Source: the human T2T-CHM13v2.0 reference genome, Homo sapiens
Length of the DNA stretch: 64,000 bases
Direction: 5' to 3' (one strand)
NCBI RefSeq assembly: GCF_009914755.1
Contig: NC_060929.1
The position numbers were made by a program, and so were the translations under genes. Below the pieces are notes generated by a model that was not told the origin of the DNA, did no database searches, and saw only the letters and a list, made by a program, of their open reading frames with translations. This document shows, one piece after another, positions 14,356-29,143 of this stretch. Each line of letters begins with the position of its first letter. Position 1 is the stretch's first letter.

Positions 14356-14416
14356 TTAGACAGGAACTGGTCTATTGCAGAAGAGCAGGAGGAAGCTGGA
14401 GACAGGGGAACAGCCA
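14356..14416 (-). CDS. HTR4: Exon g coding part; internal acceptors give e-like (start 14395) and f-like (start 14371) tails; exon ends at donor 14341/14340
   Basis: aaAG|T GGC TGT...CCT GTC TAA encodes (S)GCSPVSSFLLLFCNRPVPV*. Donor TCT|GTAAGT lies 15 nt after the stop, so the exon is 76 nt. Confidence 0.93.
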
Positions 14417-14418
14417 CT

Positions 14419-14517
14419 TTTAGTTGAAACAGAAAACAGCCACAGATGAGGGAGAGCCAAGCAGAATTTGGGAAAGAAAAAAGAAAAAAAAAACATAGAG
14501 ATTAGTAGACACATGAT
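14419..14517 (-). promoter_or_regulatory. About 100-nt AG-exclusion zone of exon g with TACTAAT branch-point candidate (A at 14502)
   Basis: The next upstream AG is at 14519-14518; a near-consensus branch site at 14507-14501 is followed by a T-rich tract. Confidence 0.75.
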
Positions 14518-17213
14518 CTCAGCCTAAATAAGCTTGCCAATATTCTTAAAGTGCTTTTAGAGGAGGATAAGGAGGGGAGCATAATTATTGCACAACATGG
14601 TTATGCCACAGTGTACGTCTAAAAAGCACACTTAAGTTAGTGTTTCATCTGAGTCTTGCAACAACTTGGGATGTTCACAGGACACATTACTACCTTAATT
14701 TACCAAGTAAGGAAACTCAGCCTCTTCTTCCCTCCTGTAGCTAATCTCCATGATATGTCTATGTTGAAGGATCTTTGAAAATATAGTTGAATATATATGG
14801 CCACTTCCTCCATATAGTCATCTCTGACCGTCTCAATGTGATACTCCCTTTCCTTCTTTTAAACAAACAGCACTTTCTGCTTCTGCAATTCATTTAACAA
14901 TACAAACCGCTGTGGCTTGTTAAATGCAACTGCAAGTGAATTGAAATAGCACGTTTTCAGATAAATTACAGACCTTTTGGGGAAAGGAGCCATGACGTAC
15001 TCATTCAGCACAGTTAGATATGTCACTGACCATTAACTGAGCAATGGTGGCTGAGAGTTAAATGTCCAGAATTCTAATCCCAGCTCCATTACTAAGTAGC
15101 CTTGCAACCTCAGTCCTCCCTACGGTTCAGTTTCCACATCTACACATAGAGACATTACCAGTACCCTCTGTCAGAGTGTTACAGTGAATAGCAAATGAAG
15201 TAAGTCATGTTCATCATATATAAATAATTCCTGGTATAACATTTATAAATATCAGCTAGCATCATTTTAATGCAACTTTAAGTTAAATACATGATTAAGT
15301 GGTCATTTAGACCTCCAATTTTTTCTTCCTTCAACTTGATTTGTCTTGTATTTCATTAGCCTGATGATATGCCTTGGTATCCTGAACTAACAAAGCTCTC
15401 TTAGTGTTACCATCTGAAAACTACGTCTATTTTATGAAAATTTCCAATTTCATAATTCATAAGCCAGTGTGAAAATTTAAGAAAGAAACTCAAACATTTT
15501 CAATGGGCTCTAGATAATCATTTGAAAATTTAAATATCTGGGTATCTGCATGTCATGCTTCTCTGAAAATTAAACTTCAAGGCAATAAGGATCCATTCAC
15601 TCAAATAGCAGGATTGTTGAATTTTAGTGCACAAAGGGTAGCCAAAACCATTCCTTCACTCTTGATCTCCCACAATTAAGCGGTGTTGAATGTTCCTGCG
15701 TGGAGCTAGAATTACACATGAGATAATATTATAAAATTATTACACATCACCAATATCTGGCATATATATGTTATTTTATTAGACCTTAATAATTATTTAA
15801 TTATGATCCTAACAACTTTTACATGCCTATTTAATATTTCTTCCTAAATTCAGGTAACAATGGTGGGTTTTTTTGGATGCAACCCTTAAGGAGTTAAATG
15901 ACTGAACTTTTGAGTGTGCACCATGTAGATAATATAGACATGTCTGAAATTACTGAGCAAATTCTGGCAAAAAATAACCACAGCCCTTTCCTTGTGAAAA
16001 TTTCAGAAGAGGATATAATGCTTATGAACACTTGTTTCCACCACAACATGCTTAAAAATGATAAATGTGATTAATGTCACACAATAATGTTAAGATGAAA
16101 TCTAAGGTATTACTATAAAATAAAAATTTAGATTTTCAGAAACTGTATAATTTGTATAACATGCCTTATCCACAGTCTCCTATTCATGTCAGCCTTGCTG
16201 GATTAACAGTATAGTTTTCCTGAGACCTCTGGCTGTTTGCATTTTTCACTGGCTCGAATGACCATGTAAAACCACACCAACTTTAACATATGTTTTTACA
16301 TACAGAGATTGTCACTTACATTTGTATTGCAAACCATAATTGTACAAAGCCCTTGGACATCCATTATTTTGTTTTCTACTCACCACAAACCCTTGAGGTT
16401 GGTATGGTGAAAAGGAGTGTTACACATTTCCCCCAAACCCCACTTCCCAGACAATGTAGAAAACTTTAAATGACCATGGCACAGCCTATTCTAGAAGGTC
16501 AGTCTTCCCATTCTTAAGTTTGGATATGTTTGGTACAGGTAGGGCCTTAGCCTGTCAGCCTGGGATAGAGCTGAGGTAGGTCACAGGCCTAGGAAGCAGC
16601 GCAGGTGGCTGTTGTGTTAGCTGTTGTGTGAATGGTGATGTGACAGGCCAGGGATTGGTTGGTGGTTAGCCAACTGCCTGGCAGCAGGTGTTAGGAAAAC
16701 TCAAAACCAGGAAGAGAGGGCTTATGTAGCCAACAAAGAGAAGAGGTCAGTAGAGACATGGGATCCCAGAACATTGGCTCAGAGTGCTTCAAACACCTGG
16801 ATAGCTCCCAGACCTGCTTTGAGTTTCTAAGAACCCCAGCTTTCCTCATTACTTCTATCTCCTGTACTCTGGCAGGAACTCTTGGCTACTTAAAATGGTC
16901 TTATTTACAAATATTGAGTTATAAGACCTTACACTTGTTTGCCTTTGCCTTAGAAGGAAGAACTGAATCTATCCCACCATAGGGATCCATAGGGGTGTCT
17001 TTCTAGGAAGGGAGGTCTTCTTGTCCCCTTCCTCAGACTGAGAGCTCTGTGTCACAACAGTTGGGGAACAAGTCTCAGAACTGCTTCTAAGCACAGCTTA
17101 CTTCCATCGTTGGAAGCAGATGTCATTTGCTTATCCTAGCATGGCAAAACCCTGTCTACAAAGTGTATTTTATTTATTCTGCCCTATACATCAAGGACAA
17201 TGCTGAAGAGTCT

Positions 17214-17590
17214 TGATATGGCTGGCTGTGTCCCCTCCCAAATCTCATCTTGAATTGCAGTTCCCATAATCCCCATGTGTCGTGGGAGGGACCCAGTGGA
17301 AGGTAATTGAATCATAGAAGCAGTTACCCCCATGCTGCTTTTCTCATGATAATGTGTGAGTTCTCATGAGATCTGATAGTTTTATAAGAGACTTTTTCCC
17401 CTTTTGCTAGGGACTTCTGCTTGCTGCTGCCAAGTGAAAAATCATGTATTTACTTCCCGTTCCGCCGTGATTGTAAGTTTCCTGAGGCCTCCCCAGCCCT
17501 GCAGAACTGTGAGTCAATTAAACCTGTTTCCTTTATAAATTACCCAGTCCTGGGTATGTCTTTATTAGCAGTGTGAAATGGACGAATACA
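17214..17590 (+). mobile_element. THE1 (MaLR) solo LTR
   Basis: Starts tgatatgg..ggctgtgtcccc.cccaaatctcatcttgaattg and ends ataaattacccagtc...aataca. Confidence 0.92.
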
Positions 17591-18939
17591 CTTCTTAAAC
17601 ATAATTTTTATTATTTTTGCAGCAACAATACCAGGAAACACAAATTTACATACTGCTCCACAGTAAAGTCTATTTGAATCTCCTGACTTAAAAAAAATCT
17701 GAGCTAAAGCTGGTTTAAGTACTATAGAAACAACGGGGTGATATGAAGATATGATGACTCCTTTTATAAACTAACTTCAAAATGTTAGCTTTTTTTATAG
17801 TCATCAGCTCACTCTAACGCTGTACCACTGTGATCTTAACTTTGTTTAAACATCAATCCTTGTGCACACTGTGCTTAAATGAGTCTTGCCATAGCCTTTG
17901 GCCTACACCAAATAATAAAACGGTTCTGATCTGACTACACAAGATCTGCTGTCAAAAATGTCTTGCCTCCTCACCTGAACATTTCCCCAGTCCAAAAGCT
18001 CTGCTTGTCGTAGTGGCAGTCTGAGTCCTGGCACATTCTGAAGCCAGCTCTGCAGCATAAACAATAAGTTCCTACACGGGGGTTGTGTTTGTTTGGTCAG
18101 AGCTTTATCCACTAGGCTTGGTCATCAGCAGTTGGCTGGTTACAAATGCAGTCCTGAGACCAAATGGCTGGAATCCAATTATCCCAGCTTCCTGTCTGCA
18201 TAACCATGCCAGGGAGGAACATAGTCATGTTTGCCTGCCTTGTCAGGCTCCTAGGATGCAAAGTATATCATTTGGAGAAAACTAACAAACAACAGATCCT
18301 CAGATATTTTGATGGAGAGGCAGTATGATGTGGAAAGAGGACACATTGGTCCAGAATGCAAAATCTCTGGCGCTAGTCCACATTCCGCCTCTTCCTGGCT
18401 CAGTATCTAACTCTTCATTTCTCCAAGCTTCATTTTCTCATGTATCAGAGGGAGATCACAACAGCAACAACAGGGTGGTTGGGAGCTTCTAGTGAGATGA
18501 TGTACGTGAAAGAGCTTTGAAAATTATAATGATGATAATGGTGATGGTGATGGTGATGACAACAGCAATGATAGCTGACAGTTATTGAGAACCTATTGTG
18601 AGAAGGGCACTGTCCTATTTGTTTGATGGTCACTATCTTATTTAATATTCACAAGTATTTTTGAATAACTGATGACAGTGGTAACGGTGCTATTAATAAA
18701 GATAGCTAACATTTCTTAAATATTTACTATATATAAGCCTCCTTTTTCAGCATTTTAAGCATATTAACATATGCAGCTTCCCATCATGTAAAATAAGTGC
18801 TATTATCATCTCTACTTGACATATGAGGAAAATTAGATACAGAAGTTTGGCAATTTGCTCAAGATCATACTGACGGTAAGAGGCCATAAGGATTCAAATG
18901 CAGGCATTCTGACTATAGAATAGGAGTTGCCAACTTTTT

Positions 18940-19483
<544 letters not shown>

Positions 19484-21508
19484 TAAAAGTAATTTCTATT
19501 TTACAGATAAGAAAACTAAAGATCAAAAGCTTCAGGAATTTAACTAAGGCCATTCAATAAGTGCTGAAATCAGGATCTGAATCCAGTTTTGCTTACTTTC
19601 AAAAATTGTGTCAACCCACACTACACTGTCTCCGTGTATGCTGTTAAAATGTAGGATATTATTACTGAGTTAGGGATACTGTACTTTCTCCAGTCAATTT
19701 TCAAATTGAATATAGTTTCTCCTCTTGGAACAGACTTGGGGGCTAGATAGCAGGCTGAGAGCTAGCCGACCCCATGCCTAGTACAATGCCTGACACATAG
19801 CAGGCATATAATACATAACTCCCTGTTGAGTGAAATAATTCTGATTTCTGATTGAATTCAATCATTCCCCAATATCTCAGCCATTTTCCCAGACTCTTCT
19901 GTATTTTGCATTTGAATCATGCCTTCCTTGTAAAGGAAGGCAATAATATATTCCTTAATCCAGTTTCTAGGGAACCTGGAACAATTTATGAGATAATTTC
20001 CATAGAACTATGTGGAGGAAAGAAAGATGTTATACGTAGAAATATTATTTTTACAATGAGTCATTGTGCTCACAAAAATGGCACTAGAAGACTGTACTTA
20101 TGACTTCTAAATAAATACATCACTAACCACAGGCAGGAAAATAGGGAGAACCTAGTGACTTTATTATAAATCACTATTGTTGTATCCACCAATACAGATT
20201 CACATTAAAGCAGGGATTTTAATTGTTATTTAACGTTGGATTTTTATTTCAGGGAATAAATGAACTTCTTAGAAATGTGGCAAAAATTGTGTGCATATGT
20301 CCAGATTTTTAGGGAAAAGATCATGGATTTCATCAGACTCTCAAAAGGATTTTTTATGCCCTAAATGTTAGCACTACAGTAGAATTGTTTCAGTGTAGTT
20401 TACCTTTGATGAGAAAAAGGGAAACACAAAAAGTTGCTGGTGTGTGGTGATCAGTACTAGGTTTTCCAGGTGTCCCTGTCCGTGTGATGCTTTCTTATAC
20501 TCTCAGGATACTCACATAGGGTTCCACTCACCAGTTTCCCACTGGCATAGGTGTCTGGGTCTGCAAACCGGTCTGGAAGATTAATCACAGTCCAGGCTGG
20601 CCACAGTGACCAGCATTCAGAGCACCCAACAGGGTATATGCAACCACAGAAGGTGGCAATACAGAGTCTCTTCCATTTTATCTTCAGCCCCAAGATCAGG
20701 CCCATAGAGACTGGCATAACAAGCCCTGAGTCTATTATTTTGCATTACTAGCACTTAGCACAATGCCTGGCACACAGTGGGTGTCTCCTTAAAGTTTGTT
20801 TAAATGAAAACAAGCAAAATGGTGAAATTGATAGCATTTTTTCCTTACATTCCTGAGATGGTTAATTAGGTTGTTTCATTTCTGTTATCTCCTGAGATAC
20901 TCTATCTATATGGACCCACGTGTCTTTGCCAATTAGAGAATGACTTTTACCTTGTCCTGTTTTTTGCTGGTGGTGCTGGTGATGTTGGTGTTGGTATTGT
21001 TGTTTAGTTTTATGTGGAGATAGCTAATTTGGATGCTTCTCTTTGGTATGTAGGCCTGAGAACACCCAGGGAGATTATGGTTGTTGCCCCAGGGAACTAT
21101 GTCCTGTGGAAAAATGTATTAAACAGGTCAGGGTAGGCTCCATTAGGTTTCATAGACAAGGTAGTCAATGAACTTGGCCTTGGTTTTAACTGGCAGGCGA
21201 TGGAAGAAAAGCATGGTTAGCAGGGAGAAGTTGCACACAGCCTGAGAGCTGAAATAGGAAGTGGGAGTTGGCCCAGTTTTACTTATTGTACTCTGAATTG
21301 GGCACTGTGTTGTAGGAGTGGATGACATATTGATGAGAAACTGGGCACTACTACATAAAGTTTTTGAGTAGAGTTGCTGAATATAGAAAATTTTAGGAGG
21401 GCATAACTTTATTTTTTCTTTTTGTATTTATTGTTGTGTGTGTATGTGTGATTTTAAAAACATCAGCCTGATGGAATGTCCAGATGTAGAGGGAAAAAAG
21501 GTAGAAGA

Positions 21509-21836
<328 letters not shown>

Positions 21837-23304
21837 TCATATGAAGTGGTGAGTAGTGAAAGACTAGATAAGTTGTATCAAAGTAAGAGAATTTGAAGAA
21901 TAAATGTAAGAGACTTGGAAGATTGGAAAATAAAAAATGACTTCCTACCTGGAATATTAGACAATCAGTAATAATAACAGTAATATCTTGAATTTGTTGC
22001 CCAGTCCTACATATTTTAGAATATAGTATCTTAGTGAATCTCACTGGTCTTACTACTTTTTGCCTGGCTTTCTGTTTTTTGTGACTAGATATTTCTCACC
22101 TATTAACATAATCACTATCGGTGTTTGTTCAGTGGCCATTGAACAAAATTGATTTATGTATCTCTCCTCTAACAGCGCAAAAACACTTGTCAAGTGAATG
22201 AATAAAATTTGGTGAGGTAGTCTAGGGCATCTGTTTCATGAGAAAGCTGAGACCCAGAAGGTAAGTGGCTTACCAGAATTTACCCAGCTAGTGAGCGGCA
22301 AAATGCAAGGTGGAATCACAATCCATGTCTTTTTTTTCCCATTATTCAGTAAAATCATCAGCTGTAATAGGAAGGTCTGAATAGCAAAGAAATGCCAGGA
22401 AATTAGAGAATAAATAGAGAATGCTCTCCACCGAGACGGCTACTATTAGATGAGACAGAATTCAAGAATGATTTTGGCCTTTTAGTCTTACAAGTTCAGT
22501 GTTTCCAGATGGTTCTGTGCTGAGGAGAGGAGATGCAATAATAAGAGTGACCCTGATAAGAGTACCCTTTCCTAGTTCCTTCCACTGACTCATATCCCTT
22601 GACCAACTGCCCACTCTCTAGCTGGCTGGGACAAGAGGTCCCACCAGAAATGGTGCCTCTGCTCAGCGAGCCAAGGCCTTTTCACTTGAAGTTACAGAAC
22701 CCTGGCTTGGGTTCTCTTTCACAAAGCCTTAGTAGCTGATGACTCACGACCTTCCCAGCGGCAAGTTACTGAGAATGATAAAAAGCGATCGCTATAAGGC
22801 TTTGGAGAAAGAATGTGGGGGTGGTGTGGGGGGGCTGATCTTTATCCTGGCCAAGAATTTCATCATTAAGCAGTGGCATATGGGTCCCTATTTGTACCCT
22901 ATTGACAGGAAGGCCATATACTGATGATTGCCATGCTAATTCAGGGAATGAAATGACGTAACCCCCCTAATGACATTCAATACGGAGAAAGACTAAATCG
23001 AAATTAAATTATCTGATCTCGACCAAGTTTTTAAAAGTACAGATAATGTCTGCCCTTTCATTCAGGACTCCAGACCAATTTAAATGACTATTCATCCAGG
23101 CTACTAGACTACCCTCACGTATTGTAAAATATCTTCTAATTTCAGAGGGAGTGTCTCTTTAAAGTTTGGTGGCATTACTTCTGTCTCTCACCTTCTAGGC
23201 AGCCAGAAAATTAGAGCATGGATTCTCAACATAGACAGATCTAGGTTTGTAGCCTGGCTCTGCTGTTTATAACTTGCATGACCTTCGGTTAGAAACGTAG
23301 TCTC

Positions 23305-23555
<251 letters not shown>

Positions 23556-25139
23556 TTAGGCCTCATTTTACTTACCCATAAAATGGGCATTATATACAAT
23601 AATAATAAAAACAATAATAGAAACTACCAATTATCTCCCTGGCAGTGTGTTAATTGCTATCATAATTTTATTTAAATTATACAACCTCATGAGTTAGGTA
23701 GTGTTAATACCTCTATTTTTAGCAATACAGAAACTGAAGCTCAGAGAAATTAATTAAGGTGTCTGAAGAAGCAAATTTGCAAATTGGGAAGCAGGGATTC
23801 AATCCAGTCAAAATTTTTTTACGAGAATTAAATGTTACCAAATATGTGAAGTGTTTAGGTAGTCCTGACTATCTTATATGCTCAATAAAGTTGCATCCTT
23901 TTACTGTCTTAGAAGGTGAAGTGAGACTCTTGCTTGGGAGACACATTAATTGGAGAGGATTAAGAGGCATATTAGGAGTGTCATAAGAAGACACTGAATG
24001 ACAAGTAGATACCATTTTCCATGCGTGCAGATTATGTTTCTTCTGTGACTCCACAGCCAAATCCTTTACCATCTCCATCTTCTCCTGAATAGTCCTCTTA
24101 GCCTTTGCCTTCTCAGATTAGACAACTGGCACAGAAACAATCACTGCCTGCCACTTCCACCACTTCCCCGCTCCTGGTTTCTCAACAACCCTTTCCATAT
24201 GACTCCACATACTGCTTCTGAATTTCAAATGTCATGAAATTCAGAGTAATAATAGTAACAGCTACACTTCAGTGAGAGCTTACTGTATGCCAGAGACTGT
24301 GTGCCACTATTTATATGCTTTAACCCACTGACGCCTCATCACACTGGGTGGGGAATGTGCTATCATTATCCCCTTGCAAAGAAGAAACTGAAGCTCCAAG
24401 AGTTGAGGAACTTGCTTGTGTCACACATTCAGTAACTGGTAGACTCTAGATCTCAACTTATGTCCATGTAATGTCAAAGCCCAAGTTCCTAACCAAAGAC
24501 AGTTTCTCAATTTACAAATGGCAAAACTTTAGGCAGAAAGGTGCAGAGACATTCCCAGCCACACAGCAAATTAGAAAGGATGCTGCTGAAAAATCTGACA
24601 TTTTATGACATCTTTCAAAGATGCTTTGTTACACTCTAGCCTGAATAACTCTCACTGGGTCCATTCTACATCTCTGGCTCAGTTCATGCTTCATTTGCTC
24701 TATGTTGTCTCAATAGATGCCATTATTGGTGAAATGGAGGCCAATGTCCTCTAAGATTACACAATGTCAAGTAACTCACAAAACTTCAGTCCGCTTCATC
24801 ACAACTTTCTATAAATACAAAACTTTAAGCTTAAGCCCTTTTTCAATAGACAGGACCAAAAGAGAAAATAAACTTGCCATAACTCGGTGATATAACGGTA
24901 TTTTAAAACTCTAATCTTTCTGCCACTTGAAAGAGGTGTGATAAACATCTTGATTTTATTCAAAACTGTCACAGAAAGAGTTTTCTCTTATCAGAAGGCT
25001 GCAGCTTTTGAAGTGGGTGGAGTACTAATGGCAGAGCAGCACTGAGATTTGGGACTGAAGGGGCAAAGTGGGCTGGTACAGTGGAGATGCCGTAACAATG
25101 AAAAGCTTCACATTCTTCCAAACAAATACATCCAATGAA

Positions 25140-25145
25140 TTTATT
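25140..25145 (-). terminator. Candidate poly(A) signal for exon d
   Basis: AATAAA on the minus strand about 85 nt after the d stop, followed by GT/T-rich sequence (ggatgtatttgtttgg). Confidence 0.6.
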
Positions 25146-25229
25146 TGATAACTTCAGTGTACAAAAACCTGTGTTGGGCACTAAGAAAAAAAAATGAGCA
25201 ATAAGAATTGGCCACAGTCCTCAAGGAGC

Positions 25230-25236
25230 TCAAAAT
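25230..25236 (-). CDS. HTR4: Terminal exon d, coding part (RF*)
   Basis: tctttttgatctctcctacCAG|A TTT TGA gives R-F-stop with the phase-2 donor, matching 5-HT4(d). Minus-strand AATAAA lies at 25145-25140. Confidence 0.85.
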
Positions 25237-28200
25237 CTGGTAGGAGAGATCAAAAAGAACGTAATTAATGAACCACACTGAAAAGCATATCAAAATGTCA
25301 CAGGAGAAGAACAAATAAAATGTTTGGGGATTGGAATAGGTCAAAAACCTCATGCAGTCCTGGAGGCTGGAAAAGACTTCAGGTAGGAGGTGGTATTTGA
25401 AATACACTATGTAAGAGGTGCCAGGGGAATCATGCCCAGTGGAAAGAACGGCAGGAGTAGTAGCTGAATGTGCAAATCCGAAGAGTTGAGCATATTCTGG
25501 AAGAAAAACTCTAACAGTGGACTTACAGAAAGTATTGGTAGGCTATGAGGAGTCCTTGAGGGATTTTGATTGGGGAAATGGCATGCTGAAACTTATGTTT
25601 TAGAGCCTAATTCCCCAATCCAGATGAAAGATAATGTCAGTTGTAGAAAGGATGATGTCAGTAAGGATAGAGATAAGGAAATGCATGAGAAAGTCTACTG
25701 ATTACATAGCCAGATTGATTTCCACTCATTTCTGATAAAATAATTTTTATCAAGAATCACTTTCTGGCTGGCCAATAATTGGCTTTTCCTTCCAATTAGA
25801 TGCTATTTGGAACTAGCTAAATTGAAATCAATGAAGACCTACTGTATAAATGCATCTTTGTTTGCAGACAGCCAAAACTCCACGGAGAAACAAAGGGGCA
25901 AAGGGGAAAAGTGCACAAGAAGAGAATCCATCCATTTCAAGGATTGTTCTTGCTGCTAACAAGAACGGGCCTCAGGTGGATCAAGTCCCCTTAGATTTGG
26001 TGGAACCTGGGCTCCATTTCCAGCTGCAGGTAATTTCTGCATCCTTGGAAAAATTCCACATTAACTTCTCTGACGTACAGCCTGGTTTTCTGATCCCTGT
26101 GATAGGAAAATGATACTTACCTTAACAGGGTTAAATGAGGTGTCTCATGTAAAATGCTTTCACCAAGGCTGACATGTAGTAACTGGTAAATGGCACCAAA
26201 GCTACTGAATTATGATCAGCCTTTACTTATTTCTCTGATCCCATCTCCTACCACTTTTTTTTCGCATTAATTAGGCTGTACTGGCTATGTCAAGCACATT
26301 CCTGCCCTAGTGCATTTGTATTTGCTTTTCCCTTCGCCTGACTTGATATTCCCTCAGATCAAATATATGCCTGACTCCTTAGAATGCTTGTCCCCTGTCA
26401 CAGAGCTCACCTCCTCCATCTAACCTTCCCTAACTACTTCATCTAAAACACCCCCTTGCCCATCTCTATTTTTTATTCTCTTTATAGCACATATCAGTAT
26501 CTAAACTTGCCTTATTCATGTACATGTGTCTCCTTGTTTATTTTCTAGTTTCTGACAAGAGAGAGTAGAGACCTTGTCCGGTTTCTTTATTAGTAGACTT
26601 CTGGCAAGAGACCCTGCCTCATAGTCGGTGTTCAGAAAATCTCTTTTTCTCTGAATGCCATAGTGCTGTTGAGAGAATTAAACTATAGCAAATAGAAATC
26701 ACCTAGCGCACAGTAAGTGCTAAATCAATACTAGTCTCTTCCCCTTAAATGAATCTAGAGATGCTCCAACATGGAACTAGGCGATTTGTAAAGAAATCAA
26801 GAAAGAGGACATTCTCCCAAGGGTAGGTTAGTTTGGAGGTGGATTCTGCAGGAGGTTCTGGGGTCTGGTAGCAGGTACTTCACAGCCGGTGAAGGCTTAG
26901 GTCTTCATTCTAGGAAGGAAGTTTCAGGAGACAGTGTGCTTTCTGAATGGAGGAAGAGATTTTCTAACGGGGAGGTGTGATTCTGAGGAAATGATTGTCA
27001 CCTGGAAAAAATAGTTCATGGCAGTATTATGAACACCGCCTCAGAAAAGCTAAGGACAGGAGGTAAACAAGCACCAGCACAGAGGGTATTCCCTGGTCCA
27101 GCGATTGGGCTTTAGGCTCCCAAGAACATTCCATCCAGGGCATAGATTATAATAACCAGAGATGGGAGATCCAGACCTACCTATTCCCCGTCCTGCTTGA
27201 ATCTTTTATGTGATGGAATTCCAGGTAGATTTGTGTATGAAGAAAGGATTCTGATGTGTAAACCTAATTCTTGTCCACCCCTGGCATTTTATATGTGAGA
27301 AGATAGGTCCCAAGAGGTAAACAAAAGAGCTAAGTCTATTTTACTCTGGACATTACTCTGTCTCCTGACTGCTGACAGGGTTCATTCCATTGTTCCACAC
27401 TCAGAAGAGATGGGACCTAGATTTCATCACACATAACCTGGGCCTAAAGGAGATGAACTCCAGGCTCTTGGATGGCTCGTGACATGCCCCCTCCAGTTTT
27501 TTTTTTCTAAAGGCTTCAGCAGGGATGCACATGCTTAACCTCAATCCAAGACCTCCAGATATACATTGTCACACTGCCTTAAATGCCTCCTCGTGGTTTG
27601 TGCTCTGAGAGTAGCTGGACAGGATCCCCATCCTCTGCTCATTAGGTGACCATGTCATAGAGGTTTGTCTTATTGCTGGAGGCCTTGATGAAGGTGACAG
27701 ACAGGCAGACAGGTAGAATCTGGTAAAATCACATTATCTAGGGGCCCGGGGCTACTAGCTTTCCTTTGAGAGGAACCTGGTACTGGAGTCAGAAAATTCT
27801 CTAGCTTCAAACGACATAGCTACTGGAGAATGCCCTGGGATCTTGGAGGTTACCGAGAAGCTCCACAAGACTGAGGCATGGGAGTTGACTTTGGCATTTT
27901 ATTGCATATTCAAAATTCAGTTATTAGTTTTCAGACGCATTTTTCCTTGAATATATAATTTATATAAACATGTACAGAATGCACTCATATAAACATATGT
28001 ATAATTTATCAATAAATATAATTTATCAATTAAAAAATCTATGTAGGCTCCAATTTTTTCCATAACACATTTCTGGGAACTGCATCAAAAAGTAGATGAT
28101 CATAAAGCCAAAGATGCTTTCCATGTAAACAAAGTTAGAATCAAGGATTCTAGGACCTTCAAAGCCTTAGCTTCAAATAAATCATAGCTATAACTAACAA

Positions 28201-28833
28201 TCTCATAAACCAAAAACACAACCATCATTACAATTTGTAATCCTTTGAAATTAGAGAATTAAGTTTCATGTTCTATGTGGTGGGCACACATGTACTTTAT
28301 ATGTTGATCACACAAGGGATCTCAGTGCATTATAAACTGTATAAGTGGCCCCTTTGTAATTCTACTTTATTAAAAATGTAAATAAAATTAAGTTGTTAGC
28401 TAAAATAGCATTAAACCACAATTAACAATCATATACATAGACTATCAGATCAGGAAAATTTTCAAAAGTTATCAGGTTCAATATCTTAGTTGACTCTTTA
28501 TGTAGTATTCATGCTATCTGGTCATAGTCTGGTCCACGTTTGATTTTTTTCATAGGATTTGTATATATATAATTTATAGCATGGGGATGATTTTGATGGT
28601 CCAAGTATTTTCTTCTTCAAATACATTTTTTCATAGTGAACAAACATTTGAATCTTATTCCATGTTACTTTGAAGTTATATGAGAAGTTACGCTCATTAT
28701 TATCAAAATTAGCCTGTAGTCCCTTACTTTGTGAATAACCAAATCCTTTTAAATGAGTTTCTGTGATTCATAAATTCGTGTGTTGGGCAACCTGAAATGA
28801 CCAAATTAGGATGGGTGGATTTGGAAGAATTAA

Positions 28834-29143
<310 letters not shown>

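Larger units (their letters stand above)
25120..25720 (-). mobile_element. L2 3' end, sense to HTR4, hosting exon d
   Basis: Minus strand ctctcctaccagattttgagctccttgaggac...cccaacacagg...caaataaattcattg parallels the recalled L2 3' consensus ctccccactagactgtgagctccttgaggg...ctcaataaatatttgttg. Confidence 0.75.

Noticed and set aside
14891-14926. 10-bp inverted repeat catttaacaa/ttgttaaatg upstream of exon g
   Set aside because: Short and AT-rich; plausible by chance in 64 kb.
18445-18633. Poly-His ORF
   Set aside because: Translation of a (TGA/TGG)n simple repeat between MIR fragments.
22930-22975. ATGCTAAT and TGACGTAA motif pair
   Set aside because: Short TF motifs alone are not evidence of an enhancer without conservation or chromatin data.
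26115-26124. Consensus minus-strand donor AAG|GTAAGT
   Set aside because: Lies in a MIR-like stretch with no convincing upstream acceptor.
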